DNA of 64,000 nucleotides from positions 13,368,651-13,432,650 of the forward strand of contig CM120647.1 of the NCBI GenBank assembly GCA_051362555.1. Reading direction: 5' to 3'. Each line of letters begins with the position of its first letter. The stretch's first letter is position 1. The DNA is from Lingula anatina. Taxonomy: Eukaryota > Animalia > Brachiopoda. The position numbers and the translations under genes are program-made. This document shows positions 40,431 to 52,952 of this stretch, one piece after another. The notes below the pieces were generated by a model. The model did not search any database. It was not told the origin of the DNA and saw only the letters and a program-made list of their open reading frames with translations.

Positions 40431-43342
40431 AAGAGTCTCTCTATTTATTTCTCTTATCTAGTTATTATGGTTTTGCGTTTTTGCAAACAAAGCTCATAAG
40501 AAAATCTTGTTCCATAATTACCAAAACATCTCTTGATATCTTGAAGAGTTCAAGACGAGCACGTCAGCAAGCTAATAACTGCTGATAATTGGTCTGCAAC
40601 GGATAATCAGATTTCACTTCACGCGATGACACGTGCTCTCGAGCTAGCGGATTCTGCATGTTGCTAATAGGGGCACGCAAAAGGTTCATATACATTTGTC
40701 ACTCGGACAGAGGGATATTTTAACGTAATACCCTTATAGAGATGGGGGATCGCTTGCTTTTGTCTAGTTCTCGTTTTCCTCGTCAGGCCCGTAGCCAGCA
40801 ATTCTTTTCTGAAAAAGTGGACCTTTTATCATGAATCCTTCTTGTACGTAGATAAAATTTTACCCAGAGGGGACCTTTCCCCAACAAAAAAAGGGGGGGG
40901 GGGTCTTTCGACCCCCCCCCCCTCTGCTACGGGCCTGCTCGTTATATTGATTATCAAAGAAGGGTGAGGGTATGTCATTAGTTAAGGGGGCGGGGTGGGG
41001 CATGTAGGGGAGACCAGGGCTAGTTGGTCCAGTTAGACACTTTTGGCCTTGTAGAGCCAACTAGGAGTGGGTTAGAGTAACAAAACCGGTTTCAAACTAA
41101 GCCCCATGAACTAAGCTACGTATGCAACGTCATTATTTTTCAAATATAATGCCAGGTGTCTCACAATTTGACAAAAAACGCAGTTGACGTCAGGGGGGCC
41201 AACTTGCCCCATGGCGGGGCAAGTTGGCCCCAGGGTTGGGGCAAGTTGGTCCCCCTATACGAAAATGAAGTATATATCCCATGTAAACGCTTTGAAATAC
41301 ATTTTTATAAAATTTTAATTTATTTAATTGATTTTTGAGAGTCTTTGATGAATAAACAGTTCAATTAGGCAGATTTATTGAGGTTTCCGTACGTCACGTT
41401 GTTGGGGGGGGGGGGATGTGTTGCAAGAACCAAAATATCTATCAATAAAATGTGTTTTGTTTTAATTAAGAATAAATAAATAATGGTATAAAGAAGGTTT
41501 TTAATGAATGAAAACGAATAAAAAAATTTCTTTTTAAAAGACAGTATCAAATTCAGTTTTAAACCATTGAGTTTGTTTCAACAATGGGCTCTAGCTAGGG
41601 AGTGGTGGAAAATCCCCTTGGGGCCACATATAACACAATAAATACAAAGGGAATCCCCTTACAATGAATTAAGGCAAAATAAATGTTTTTTCTACGGAAA
41701 GTCCAGTGGATTTGCTTTTTAATACTTACAATCAACAGAATATTTCTAATATAAATTTTCAAAAAGACACCAGAGAGAAAATTAAAAAAAATCAATCAGA
41801 CGGTAATAGACACCGGCAAGCTTTGTCAATTTCACCAACTTGTTTATTTCAAACAGCGTTGCGCGCAAAGGTTTGTGGGTAATATGAGGGTCCAACTTGC
41901 CCCGTGTCAAGGGGGCCAACTAGCCCCGGGTGCACATTATTTATTTTAAAGGATGATAGCCATTTATGGTGCTAGAAAGAGCAACGATGATACATCTCTG
42001 TGAAACTTGAAACAATGAGCTTCAGTTTGATGCCCTATACATATCTTAAATTCGATAAAAAGCCTATGAAAATAGATTTTTAAATCTCTTAAACAAAATT
42101 ACTTTTAGGTGCAAAAATCGTTTATTTCGACTCACCGCTTAAGTAAAACTTTTTAACGTCCGACACTTCCTTAGCATTGTAGGCTACGGTCACTTTGCAA
42201 GAGTATGTGGCCAATTTTTTTACCTCGTAGTTACTTTTTCATAAATTGACGGGGGGCCAACTTACCCCGGGGTCCAACTAGCCCCGGTCTCCCCTACTTG
42301 CTGCAACCTTCCCTCAGCTGGATAAAAGCACCCCAACCGCCAATTCCCCAACTGCCACCTCCGTTGTCCAAAACTGAAGTTCCTGTTCTTAACTATACAC
42401 ATTTGTGTGAGTCCTTCATTCCGTTCCCTTGCGCTGGTTAATTTCTTCAACATAAAGCGTCACCTTCAAACGATCACGTACATACGGTTGGATCAGGTTG
42501 TAACGTGATCGCTATAATGTCAATTTTATTTAGCTCACGATGTGTCACTAAAACCGCTTACGCCTGAGCAGAGAACGTTAAATATCATTGTCTTCCAGGA
42601 GGCAGAAGACAAGAAAGACAAAATGGCGTACGAAAATGATTCTGAGAAGGGAGATAATGAACCTGAAAAGTGTGAAAAGAACGAAAATGAGGAGAATGAA
42701 AAAAACGCCAAGAATGGAAGTATCAAAAGCAAGAAAAAAATCAAGACTGGTGAGTTTTTTTTTCATTGAAAACCTGTTACCAAATAGATGCAAATCACAT
42801 ACACTTAAACAGATACTCCTGAATGGGAAAAAAACACTTAAAATGAGTAGACGTAATATTTATAAATATATTCATACATTAAGGGCATACGAGCCATACA
42901 CTCCAGTATGATAGCGACTCTCACTGCCATCTTTCTTATTTTCTCTGTCTCTCTCTGGTAAATAACAAGATTTCACCGCAAACCAAGTTATTATTGTGTT
43001 TACTTTCTGTCAAAACCTACCTTATTTAATCTACTACTATTTTATTAGATTTTATTTCCGTATGTCAGGCTGTGGATATTACATTCAATCTGATGGTACT
43101 GCATTAACTACCGGAAAATAGTTGACGGTCTTTATTTGGTTTGTGTGTCCGCCAGATTTTTTAATCATTGATCTTCCTTTAGACGGAGACGCGGAAGGTG
43201 GGAACAATGGCGAGTATACGGAGGAGGAGCTGGCCGAATTGGAAGCCATCGAGAAGGAAAATAAGAATGATTGTTACTACGTGCTGTTGGCGATTATCTT
43301 GGGAATGGGGCTCTTTGGGGTGTTGGTTTATTTCTCCGGTGA

Positions 43343-43394
<52 letters not shown>

Positions 43395-43839
43395 CTGTAA
43401 ATTCTAGCACATATTTACACAGAGATTTACAAAAGGAGAGGGAGTAATGGTTTAAGTTTAATATATACACATTTATACTGTTCAAATTACTTTCTTATCG
43501 AACTTTTTAAACTGTATACTGTATATACATTTGGTGCCCAAACGTGATTTATAGAACGATCTTACATGCACGTATTTCTTTTCGTATCATAGGTATTTTT
43601 TATCTTTTAGACTTCAACTTATTTGTGCAAACATACGAGTCCCGTTCATATACGTCCTGACAAATGCTGCTTATGAAACTGATTTCTTTCTGTTTTTTTC
43701 TTATTTTTTCAGTTCAAAGCTTTTTCCTGGAGCAGAAGATACCTGCAGCAGGTTACAACGGTGTGTCTTCCCCTTTCTCTCTTTGTCTCTCTTAGTGTCC
43801 CTCTCTCTATCTCTCGTTCTCTCTCTCTCTCTCTTTCTC

Positions 43840-43881
<42 letters not shown>

Positions 43882-46800
43882 ACACACACACACACACACA
43901 CACACACGTTACTTCCAATTAAAATGACCAAATACAACTAAAATTGACGCCTGGCCAATAAAATTTTGTATCCGTCATCAGTCCCTGGACACTTTCTGCC
44001 TTAGTCCCGCTGGAGTTTGAACACTGGCGTATATACTACTGTTATTCCCTATCAACTCATCGTTGATAGGGAATAACAGTAGTATATACGCCAGTTATTC
44101 CCTATCAACTCATCGTTGCTTTATCCTTAATTAAGCCTCTCTGTCGCCGCCTAACACTACCATGATACCGAATACCACTATCACCGACGCCAAGACGACT
44201 ACGACTTCTACTACTACTACTACTGCGCCGGTGCCTGCGTTGTTCAACTCGCGTTTTGGGGGTAAGTTGACAGACTCAAGCGCACAAAAGGATTGCATAA
44301 GCTGAGAAAAAACCATAGACCTTCAACACATATAAAGAAAGTTTTGGTCGCCTGTGGTACTTTAATTTACACGCTAACTAAAGGAAAACTAAGTAAGTCT
44401 GTTCATTGATTGCATTCAACGAGCATTCCCGTAGAGTTAGTGCGGACTAGCTAGTGCGATAGATTTATTGTGAACGCATCCCTCATTTTAAACTTTACTG
44501 ATAGGGAAAGTCATACGGTGTCGTGTAAAACGTCTGCTTTATTTCAGGTGATCGCTCAGCACTTACGAGGCAAGCATCACCCATGCGACTTGCACCTCAA
44601 GGTTAGTCAGTTTTCATTTTTTGAAGGCCCTGCGTTTTTTGTTTTTATATTCTATATATCTATTTCGCGAGCCCTATTTATCTACAGACTTGACATTTAA
44701 TATGGAATATTTTTTTCCAAATCATTTTTTATCAGTTTTTTCATATTTTGCTGACTGATAAATGAAAATAAGGGTTAAAATAGTGTTTTAATAACTTTTA
44801 ATTATCTCTTTGATGCCATTGTGACATCAATACACTAATTGAATTCGCTAGAGAAGCAAACAAAAACACATTGCCTATTCTATGTCATACGACAACAATT
44901 AAAAGAGATATTTTGGATCTCCATATTTTCCAAATTATTTTCTGTAAAAGAGTTACACGCCTCACAAAGAACCCCCATGTCAGTGTCTAGTCACAGTAAC
45001 GGTCGCTGTTACGCTTGACCTCTTCTGTTTGCTACCAGCGCTCTCAAGTGGCAAGGCCTTCTTTTGGTTACGTTTTTAGAGTTCAATCTGGAATAACATT
45101 CCAGGCATCGGTCAAAATCTGTTCAATTTGGTCCAGTTTTGTTGTAGGACTTGTAGGCCATTGATTCGGCGAATAATGGCCTACCCACATATTGTCTATG
45201 TGGTTCAAATATGGCGATTTTGATTACCAAGGTAGCTGTTCATTCCCTTGGTTCTGTACGTAATCTGCTATTAAAAGTGCTATGTGTGTACCGGGAATTT
45301 CACCGTGCAACCTAAAATTGTTCCTAAGGTGCCCCCTATCAAATGATAGTCAAGTGGTTCTCAGATTATTCCTTTATTTGAGATGGTTCAGGTTTTCGTG
45401 GATGACCATCATTGGTGTTTTGGCACCAATGTGGTATCCGCTCCAATTACTGACGCTGTTAATGACCTTTGTCACTTTAGACGCGGCAAACGCTTAGTCG
45501 TTGATCTCTTCTGAGTGTCTGTAAACTCTGTTTTGACTGGTTGAGCGGTACAGGTGGAAGCTGACCTCAATAAAGAAAGTCACGAGGTTTCAGTGTTCAA
45601 CTGAAAAACGATTAGGGTTCCCAATTCATTAGAGAAACATACAACGATGTTTTGCTGTTTACAGAGGGTTCCTCTGAGGTCGTCTGGTATTCTACCCAGC
45701 TAAAACCAGTTTGGTGTTCGCTAACGGCCTTGAAAAATGCGTTTTGGTGGCAATTTACCCCTCATTCTGAACGGACTGGGTGGTTTTTGTTTAGTTGCAA
45801 TAGCATATCCCGACCGACAATGGGTCCTGTACCCTGGTGGTAAAATTTCAATACATTGGTTGTGACCTCTGTGTAGGTACATCAGTCTGGGCATTACTCT
45901 ATAAAACTGTGCGGACCGTTTCGTTTGGCGCAATTATCTGTCTGGCAATGTCTGTCTTCTTCGCGCCATTCTGCCACAGATTAACAAATATGCAGAGCAC
46001 TGCATAGCTCATTTTACACCTTGCAAAACCGACCACTTGCATGCAAAATTTGAAATTCTTCTATGCAGTAGTTGCCAGCATATGGATACTTTTTTGACAG
46101 AACCATGCTTTGCCAAAGCCAAGCTTTGACCTGCCCAAAAGAGCACTACCCAATTAAATCACTGCATATTACGTAATGCAGCAGCGCAACAAACCTGGTA
46201 TTCAGTTAATTGGAAGCGACACACCTGACTACACACTTCTCCATTCACATATCTTATATGAGATCGGAGTTTTTTGAAAAAAGAATGCATCTTTAGCTAG
46301 GCATACCTTCGAAACTGAAATATTCCATATTAAATGTCAAGTCTGTATTTCGCGGAAATCGATTGCTTCGATTACGGTACTAGTGCAATGTGAGCATTGT
46401 GTAATTGACTTATTACACTGGAAACAGTTCGGTTTTTTCTATTTGCGCGACGGTTCCTTGTGGCGTCTCTTGTTTCATCGAGGCATACAGTTATGATATA
46501 CTTACCGTCACCACGGAAGGTTATGGACAGAAAATTATACCGTCAAAGAAAATGTCCGATATTGTGTGTTTATTTGCTAATTTTTATTTCAGAATGAATC
46601 GCACTAGCTTGTTTTGTTAGCAAGCAGTCAGACGAAGGCTCAACCTCAAATTTGTGTAGTTTGAAAATTGTTTTTTACCTGTAATACAAACAGGATGGAG
46701 TCTGGGCAGTAGATTCAGTAGATTCAGCTGTCCAACAGTTTGCAGTCAGAGGTCAATTCTTTTGCAGGTCTTCAGTAGAATCGGACCTTGATCTCTTTCT

Positions 46801-46914
46801 GATTTTGCAGATGACGTTGCCAGTGCATCTACAACTACCACCGCCGCCCCAACTACTGCCAGAGCACGTCAACCGGAAACGAGGATGCTGAGGAGATTGA
46901 CACCATGTGAGTAG

Positions 46915-46951
<37 letters not shown>

Positions 46952-48411
46952 ATGCTTGGGACATTCATTTTTGATGCCCATGTATATTCTCTACCCTCTA
47001 CCAGGGCCACAGATTGATTTTTTTCACTAGATATTAACAGATATGTCTCTGGTTAAATAGATGGCTTATCTCTGTACTGTGACCCTGTGCTGAAATCTCA
47101 AGGATGATTACATGGCTGGTTAATGTTTGCATAACTACTCAGGCACTGTCATTTAGCAAGTCCCTGCCAAGTCCCCTTGACAGTAATCAAGACAGTTAAT
47201 TGCTCATTTGTGACAATAAAAACAGCCCTTTAGCAGACAGACAAGACAAGGCAGGTTGCGTAACAAGCGTTAATTACATTGGCGCGAAGCCCAGCTCTCA
47301 TTGAGTTCCTGCAGAGCGGGTACAATGGCATCTGCGCGCGTGCAGATTTAATTGCTCCCATCTGACCAAACGTTACAGGGTCGCCTCAGCACAAATGTCC
47401 ACAACAATAACTGCAGCCCTGCGGCCTAAATATTTTCCATCAGCAGCAGTACACGAACGTTTACTGTGTAAAGCGAATTATCCACCCACTTACGAACACA
47501 TGCACATGACATTATGGCGACATGCTTTGCTTTATTCACTGCGCCTTATGCATCTACATGGGCGGAGGAAATTGTAGAATAGAAGTGTAACTATAGTTAC
47601 TTATGCTATTAAGCAATGATACAATCTGATTAATCATAAAATAATGGAGATATTTGTCTGAGCCCAAGTCATAGTTACTTGTGAACTCCCTGTAGATACA
47701 GCACTGTTGTCTAGATATCTCTTTGTAAGGGCAATGTGCTAATGCAATCGGGGTTTCGTTCTTTTGGCATTTCGTAATAATGACAAACTTTTATCTATTG
47801 TCCCTTGGCCAAAGTTTGTATGGTGTTTTGAAAATATCTAGTATAATGTAGTTCGCAGGTCGTTGTAAGGGGGGCACTTTGTAAGAAAGTGATTTTCATC
47901 TTTAGTTTTGTCTTTGGGGCAAACCGAGGTAGGTTTTTTATCTTCCTGTTTCAATGTGGAGGTTATGCCCACCATTCGAAACAACTTACTGTGTTTCTTT
48001 TTGCAGCATTCTTTAAAACCTCTAGATATTCTTTTTTTGCGTGCATGTTTGAATTGATGGTTCTAAGTGAAGATTTTCCCGCAAATTCACTGTGCCAGTT
48101 TTGTATGATAATCTGTCCTCTGAAGATACTGAGGAATTTTACATGTGTTGTCTGGTTTGGACATACAATTCCAAATCCATTTCAAATGCGAGTTTCATGA
48201 TACCTTCACTGCATGAAAGGTTATTTCCTTTCATGTTTGATAACATTTGTGTTAAGAGCAATTTGAAATAATCGATTTCATCTAGAAATGCTTAAGTAAA
48301 TTACTATCATCCAAGTGTAATATTTTAAGTACATGCATATGTGCACTCTGAACGGTAACTCTGTCACTCTGGAAGGCATTGATTGTTCTGTGTTGTTCTT
48401 TGTTTTCAGAA
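34925..48411 (+). CDS. Uncharacterised single-pass (likely type II) membrane protein, 210-219 aa, acidic N-terminus and Thr-rich mucin-like C-terminus
   Basis: Exons 34925-34978 (MSDSKTPESPTKEQVDNK), 42599-42749, 43156 or 43183-43338 (TM YYVLLAIILGMGLFGVLVYFS), 43713-43760, 44136-44261 (NTTM..NTTI..TTTTSTTTTT), 46811-46906, and 48410-48411 (stop T|AA). All junctions are GT-AG and in phase. The first and last exons are the least certain. Confidence 0.7.
36764..37021. mobile_element. MITE family 2 (Harbinger-like), about 260 bp, TAA TSD
   Basis: TAA|GGCCCCATTCCCATAGACACC ... GGTGTCTATTGGAATGGGATC|TAA with long imperfect arms. Confidence 0.85.
38885..39059. mobile_element. Small TIR element
   Basis: CCGCTATGACAGGAACGGTAGTCC versus GGATTACCATTCCTGTCTCACCGG (imperfect 24-bp TIR). 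Confidence 0.55.
39384..39598. mobile_element. MITE family 2 relative
   Basis: GGCTCTATTCCCATAGATT..AGATCGATCTA ... TAGGTCGATCTAATCTATGGAAATGGGGTG|TAA. Confidence 0.7.
40784..40937. mobile_element. Small CAGG...CCTG MITE
   Basis: CTCGT|CAGGCCCGTAGC...GCTACGGGCCTG|CTCGT, with a 12-bp perfect TIR and a 5-bp flanking direct repeat. Confidence 0.75.
41007..42294. mobile_element. TA-flanked non-autonomous DNA transposon (pogo/Tc1-superfamily-like), about 1.3 kb
   Basis: TA|GGGGAGACCAGGGCTAGTTGG ... CCAACTAGCCCCGGTCTCCCC|TA, with internal GGGGCCAACTWGCCCC repeats at about 41190-41250, 41890-41930 and 42250-42290. No ORF. Confidence 0.8.
44023..44118. repeat. Perfect 34-bp-stem hairpin plus flanking direct duplication
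   Basis: 44023-44056 is the exact reverse complement of 44062-44095 (5-nt loop), and 44041-44065 is repeated at 44094-44118. Confidence 0.95.
44685..46345 (-). mobile_element. Decayed Tc1/mariner transposon, copy B (inverted relative to copy A)
   Basis: TA|CAGACTTGACATTTAATATGGAATA ... TATTCCATATTAAATGTCAAGTCTG|TA. Colinear with the reverse complement of copy A. Translation IADYVQNQGNEQLPW*SKSPYLNHIDNMW. Confidence 0.88.
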
Positions 48412-51400
48412 TTTAGCGAAGTGTGACGTCGCAGTTCCAACACAAGATTTCACTGGAAAACTATGGCGACGAAATTGCGATCTAATACACTAGAGTTGTG
48501 TGATTCTTTATGTTATAGATGAAAAAAGAATAGACAAATTAAATATTTTGCTCAATAGGAGGTATCTTGTGAAAAAAAATAGAATGTTGATTTATAATTT
48601 TGGAGATAAACGTGTTTTTTTTTAATCCAAAGAGAGAAAGGTTAATTTTTTATCAGCATACTTTTTTCCGTTTTTTGCAAATTTTTCCTTTACATTAGGT
48701 ATTATTAATACAAAATATTATTACAATATTAAAATATTAATACAAAATACTTCAGTATGGAAAGGGAGATTAACCACATTATACAGTACAACATGTACGA
48801 CATTTCCTGAATGATCTGGAGATTTGAAGTCAGGAACACTTTATCCTTAATACAAAATTCAAAAACTGAAAAGGAACCAACATAGACAACAAACCAGAAA
48901 GCAATTTAATTTTACTTCTCTACTTTTGATTTTAAGTGAAATTTAAGGTTTTGTCTTGTTTTAAACTTATGCGATTTGATAGCTATTCGCACATATATAT
49001 GCATATATATTTATTTATGTATACGGATTTCAGAGAAACAGTCATATAAGATTCTTTAAGAGATATCATGCACGTTAAACCTTTATGTATTAAAAACAAT
49101 CTTAACACCTTTCTGTAAATCACCAAGTAAATCATCATATATATATATATGATAAGTCTTTGTCCAATTTTTACTTTTTCATTTTTAGCTTTCAAGTAAA
49201 ATTTATCAGGCTTCGTCTCAAAAAGATAGTGACCCAAAGGTTAGACAAACGGGTTTATAGGTAGTTATTTTGTCAACTGTACTGTATATGATATATCTTG
49301 GTGATTAACAGAAACGTGTTTGAATGACAGGGGAACTTTTAAAGAAAATGCAAAATTAATATTCAATCGGCATCTTGTGTCTTACATATTTTATAATTTT
49401 TGCGTTAAGATTGTTGAGGGGAGGGATTTAGAAGTACTCATTTCCTTTAAAATATTTTTACTCGGTTCGTTTTTAGCGCACTGCAGTAGTAAAGATGCTT
49501 TGTAGATTAGATATTGTCTTCAGTTGTACTGATAGGAAAGCAACCGGTTCTTAGTAACGTATAAACTCGCTTATTCTAGTGTGATACTTATTTCGAATGA
49601 GACTTGATAAATCCAGATCCTCTCTAAATCAATGGCACTAAAACCTTCATATAAAGCCGGTTGTTTGGACAAGAATATAAAAAAAATGACTTAGGATTTA
49701 AAATTCTGAATGAGTGGGTTCTTGGTTCCTTAATGTGTAAACTAAATCATTGATTTGAGTATGACACTAAAATCAGTGTGAAAATTTATAGCTATAGTAG
49801 TGTGAAAACGTATCAAATGTGCACACAGACAGAAACTAATACACACGCGCGCAGGTACGATCTGCAATGTTTTTACTTTGTAATTATAACCTCTATAATT
49901 TTCCACGAAGTTGAATGTTAGAATTAGTTTGAGGGGGTGAAATGAGTCAAAACTATGTGATAGCTGCCTAAATCATCACTGAAATGTCTGTCAACGTGCA
50001 ATAATAACACAGCTATTCGTGAAGCACTTACCGCACAAAATGCTGTATTATATCTAACCTATGTTTCATATTCGGAATTATGTTGTTTCATAAATTTTTT
50101 TTTTTAATTTTTTTAATCGAAAGGGATACATGAAGATTTTTTAAGAATGGCGTCATTTGCTTTCATTTGGTGAGATTCATGTTAAGGGCAGAACACGCAA
50201 AGACGACCGGGAGTGACCGGTAGCATTATATTTGTTGTCTTCTGAGATGATGCAAAGCGCTAGTAGGGCAGAAAAGACCTTGTCAACAATGCATTTCTGA
50301 CAGAGTTCTTCTGAAAGTGAGGCATAATGACGTCATTGTGAAATCTCTGGCAGATATACATAATACTGAGGTGGATTGATCCAACTGTGATGGGGATTCT
50401 CCCTAAGTGCACTCAATGTAATCGGTTTTAATGTCCGCCACGCCTCCTCGGGCTGCTAGGGGGTAAGTAAGCCGAACGCACACACAAATGAATTACCCGC
50501 TAGCCACCAAGGAGATGTGTCAAATAATTAAGCTGATTACACTGAATGCAATTAGTGATAATTCCCTGCAGAGTTGGATCGATCCAGCTGGTGCAAAGTT
50601 TGAATTTGAACGCGGTCTATCTATCAATCTAGATGTATTTCTAACCCTAAGAACCCCCTGGCAACGGGCCTGTCTACTATGTCTTGGGTATAAGTATCTA
50701 TACAATCAGTAGACATTAATTCATTAGGTAGTGCATGCCCATTCAATGGCAACCTATTTCACAGTTATGAAAACATGTCCTTGTATTATGAGTATTAAAA
50801 GTAAGAATAGTGATAACAATGTAGCGTAAAGAGCTCCCATCTATAAATGTGTGAAAATGAATCGGAGAACAGCATAGTGAGATTAAGAGTCTCTTCTACT
50901 AGATATATAAGGTTCTTAAGAAAGAGAGGAAACCATTGCTATAGACATGGCAAGAATAAAGATAGAATTTCGGATATAGACGACAGTCTTATAAAAGTCA
51001 CATTAATCAACACGCGTAAGAACTAAGGTAGCCTTGGCAACGGTTGTCATTGGTTCCGATGGGTTATTATCTAAAACGTAGAAGAAGTAGGTGAACATTC
51101 TCCTATTGTGATGTGCAGCAAATGTTCCTGGAGTTGAAAATTATCTTTTTAGCTGTCATTGTCAGGAAAAGAATGCAAACCCAAACGTCACGCCAGACAC
51201 GCTTAAGAATGTAAAAGAGACGCTTTGGGTTTAAGCACAAACAATGGCCGCGCTCGTTTGTGTTCTGATGTTACACTGTATCGTGGGTTACGATGCTTGC
51301 TCTGCGTAACACTACGTTATAAAACTGGGGAAAAATTCTGTGAAATAGTAGAGGACTGTGTCCTAAGTCCATACATACATTCATTGGTATTCTTGGAGCA

Positions 51401-52360
51401 TTTCGTGCTGCTCTCGGTTACATTAATTCAACCTACTAGTCGAATTAAGAGTGCCAGGGGGAATTTAGCCAAGATAAACTACGTGTACTTATGGGGAACA
51501 AGTGACATGTCTATAGCGTGGTTTGTTCTATCATTTTATTAAAGTATGATATATCTATATATATATATCTATATCTATATTTGATTTTTAATGTATTTGG
51601 ATGGTATTTTGTTACATGTAGTAAGTAGTTAACACTTGAGCTCAGCAATGTAACTATTGATCCTACCTACTGATTTTGCCAATAATTCTATACAGGTAAC
51701 ACAATGCTTTAAATTGCGGTGACTTTCAACATATAGGAAGGCTTGTTTCCATACGAATGCACACCGTACGTAATAAGCTGATAATTAGCTCCACTAGTTT
51801 TAACCATTATATTTGTAGTCTATATGCAGAAAACTAGTGTTCATTTTATTTGCCTTCAGTAACAATTGAGAACATAAGTGAAAAATAGCTTTCTTTACTT
51901 CATTTGGTCTTGCGAATATCAATAGCTACGTTTATCAAGGGCGAAGCCAATTTTAAAGCAATACCGCCCAGTGCGTATTAAGAGATAGGATTAAGGTTTG
52001 ACTAATCACGGATGAAAAGGTCATACACATTAATAAACTGCAACATCGCAAAAAAGAGAAGAAAAAAATTAATGTCGTGCACACAGAGATTAAGAAGGAA
52101 GTATTTATTATATTTGATCGAAACCCAAGTAAACTCTGCTCACCTTTGTAGCGTGATGCGTCGACCACAGAATCATGTTTTTTTAATCATTTGAATAGGA
52201 ATTTGAACAAGTGAAACAGAGGTTAAAAAAGTGGGCGAATTATTTCCTTCGCAAGCCTATTTTTGCCTTATCCATCTTGTGTTTCATGTCGCAGATGCCT
52301 TTCCCGATTTGTATGATAGCAATGTGAGATTTCCTGTTTCGAAATGTTTGGGTACTTATA

Positions 52361-52530
52361 TTAAGGGATAGTTCGTCGGAATTTTTGGCATCTAACATCC
52401 GACTTTGTTCAAGTTTCCGTCGTGAAAATGAGCTTTAACTCCTTTAACACATTAATGTTGGGCTAGGCCGCTGATCTCAAAAAATAGATTTGACTATTTT
52501 TTAGTCTAAAATCCTTGAACTTTCCTTTAA
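52361..52530. mobile_element. Kolobok-like non-autonomous element (TTAA ends)
   Basis: TTAA|GGGATAGTTC ... GAACTTTCCT|TTAA; a similar, more decayed element AAGGGATAAC...GTTATCCCTT lies at about 35441-35781. Confidence 0.5.
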
Positions 52531-52900
52531 AGCGCCTTGTTTGCCCTCTGCGCCACTACTATAGCCTGGCCTTCATGTTAAAATACCTCGCAAGACTTCC
52601 TCTTCGGCCAGTACTGTTAACTGTTAAATATTGTTAATGATGTATTGTTATTATGGGTATTGTTATCAGATCTGTCTTATTGTAATAAAGTGCGTGTATT
52701 TATTGTTACTTATTTGTCATTGCTTATTGTCAGTTAATTACGATGACGAAATGCAACGTTAATACACCCGACAGCACCTGTTTTCCTAACCTAAAATATA
52801 GCCGCAATTGAGAAAACGATTGCTTCATCTGTAGGCTTAAACTGATAACTGGCACCAGGAACAAATCATGTCTAATCATGGAGTAGAAATGCTAAATAAA

Positions 52901-52952
<52 letters not shown>

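Noticed and set aside
41185-42294. Interspersed GGGGCCAACTTGCCCC repeats, and the TAACGTTA repeats at 62890-63000, as a CRISPR-like array
   Set aside because: Irregular spacing, mixed orientation and enclosure by TIRs show they are transposon subterminal repeats in a eukaryote; no cas genes.
42534-42598. Alternative acceptor or GTG start upstream of exon 42599
   Set aside because: In phase 0 after exon 1 it reaches TAA within six codons; the 42599 acceptor keeps the frame.
50380-50700. Possible tRNA-derived SINE or ncRNA (B-box-like GTTCAAATTC on the minus strand)
   Set aside because: No cloverleaf, no clear A-box and no second copy in the window.
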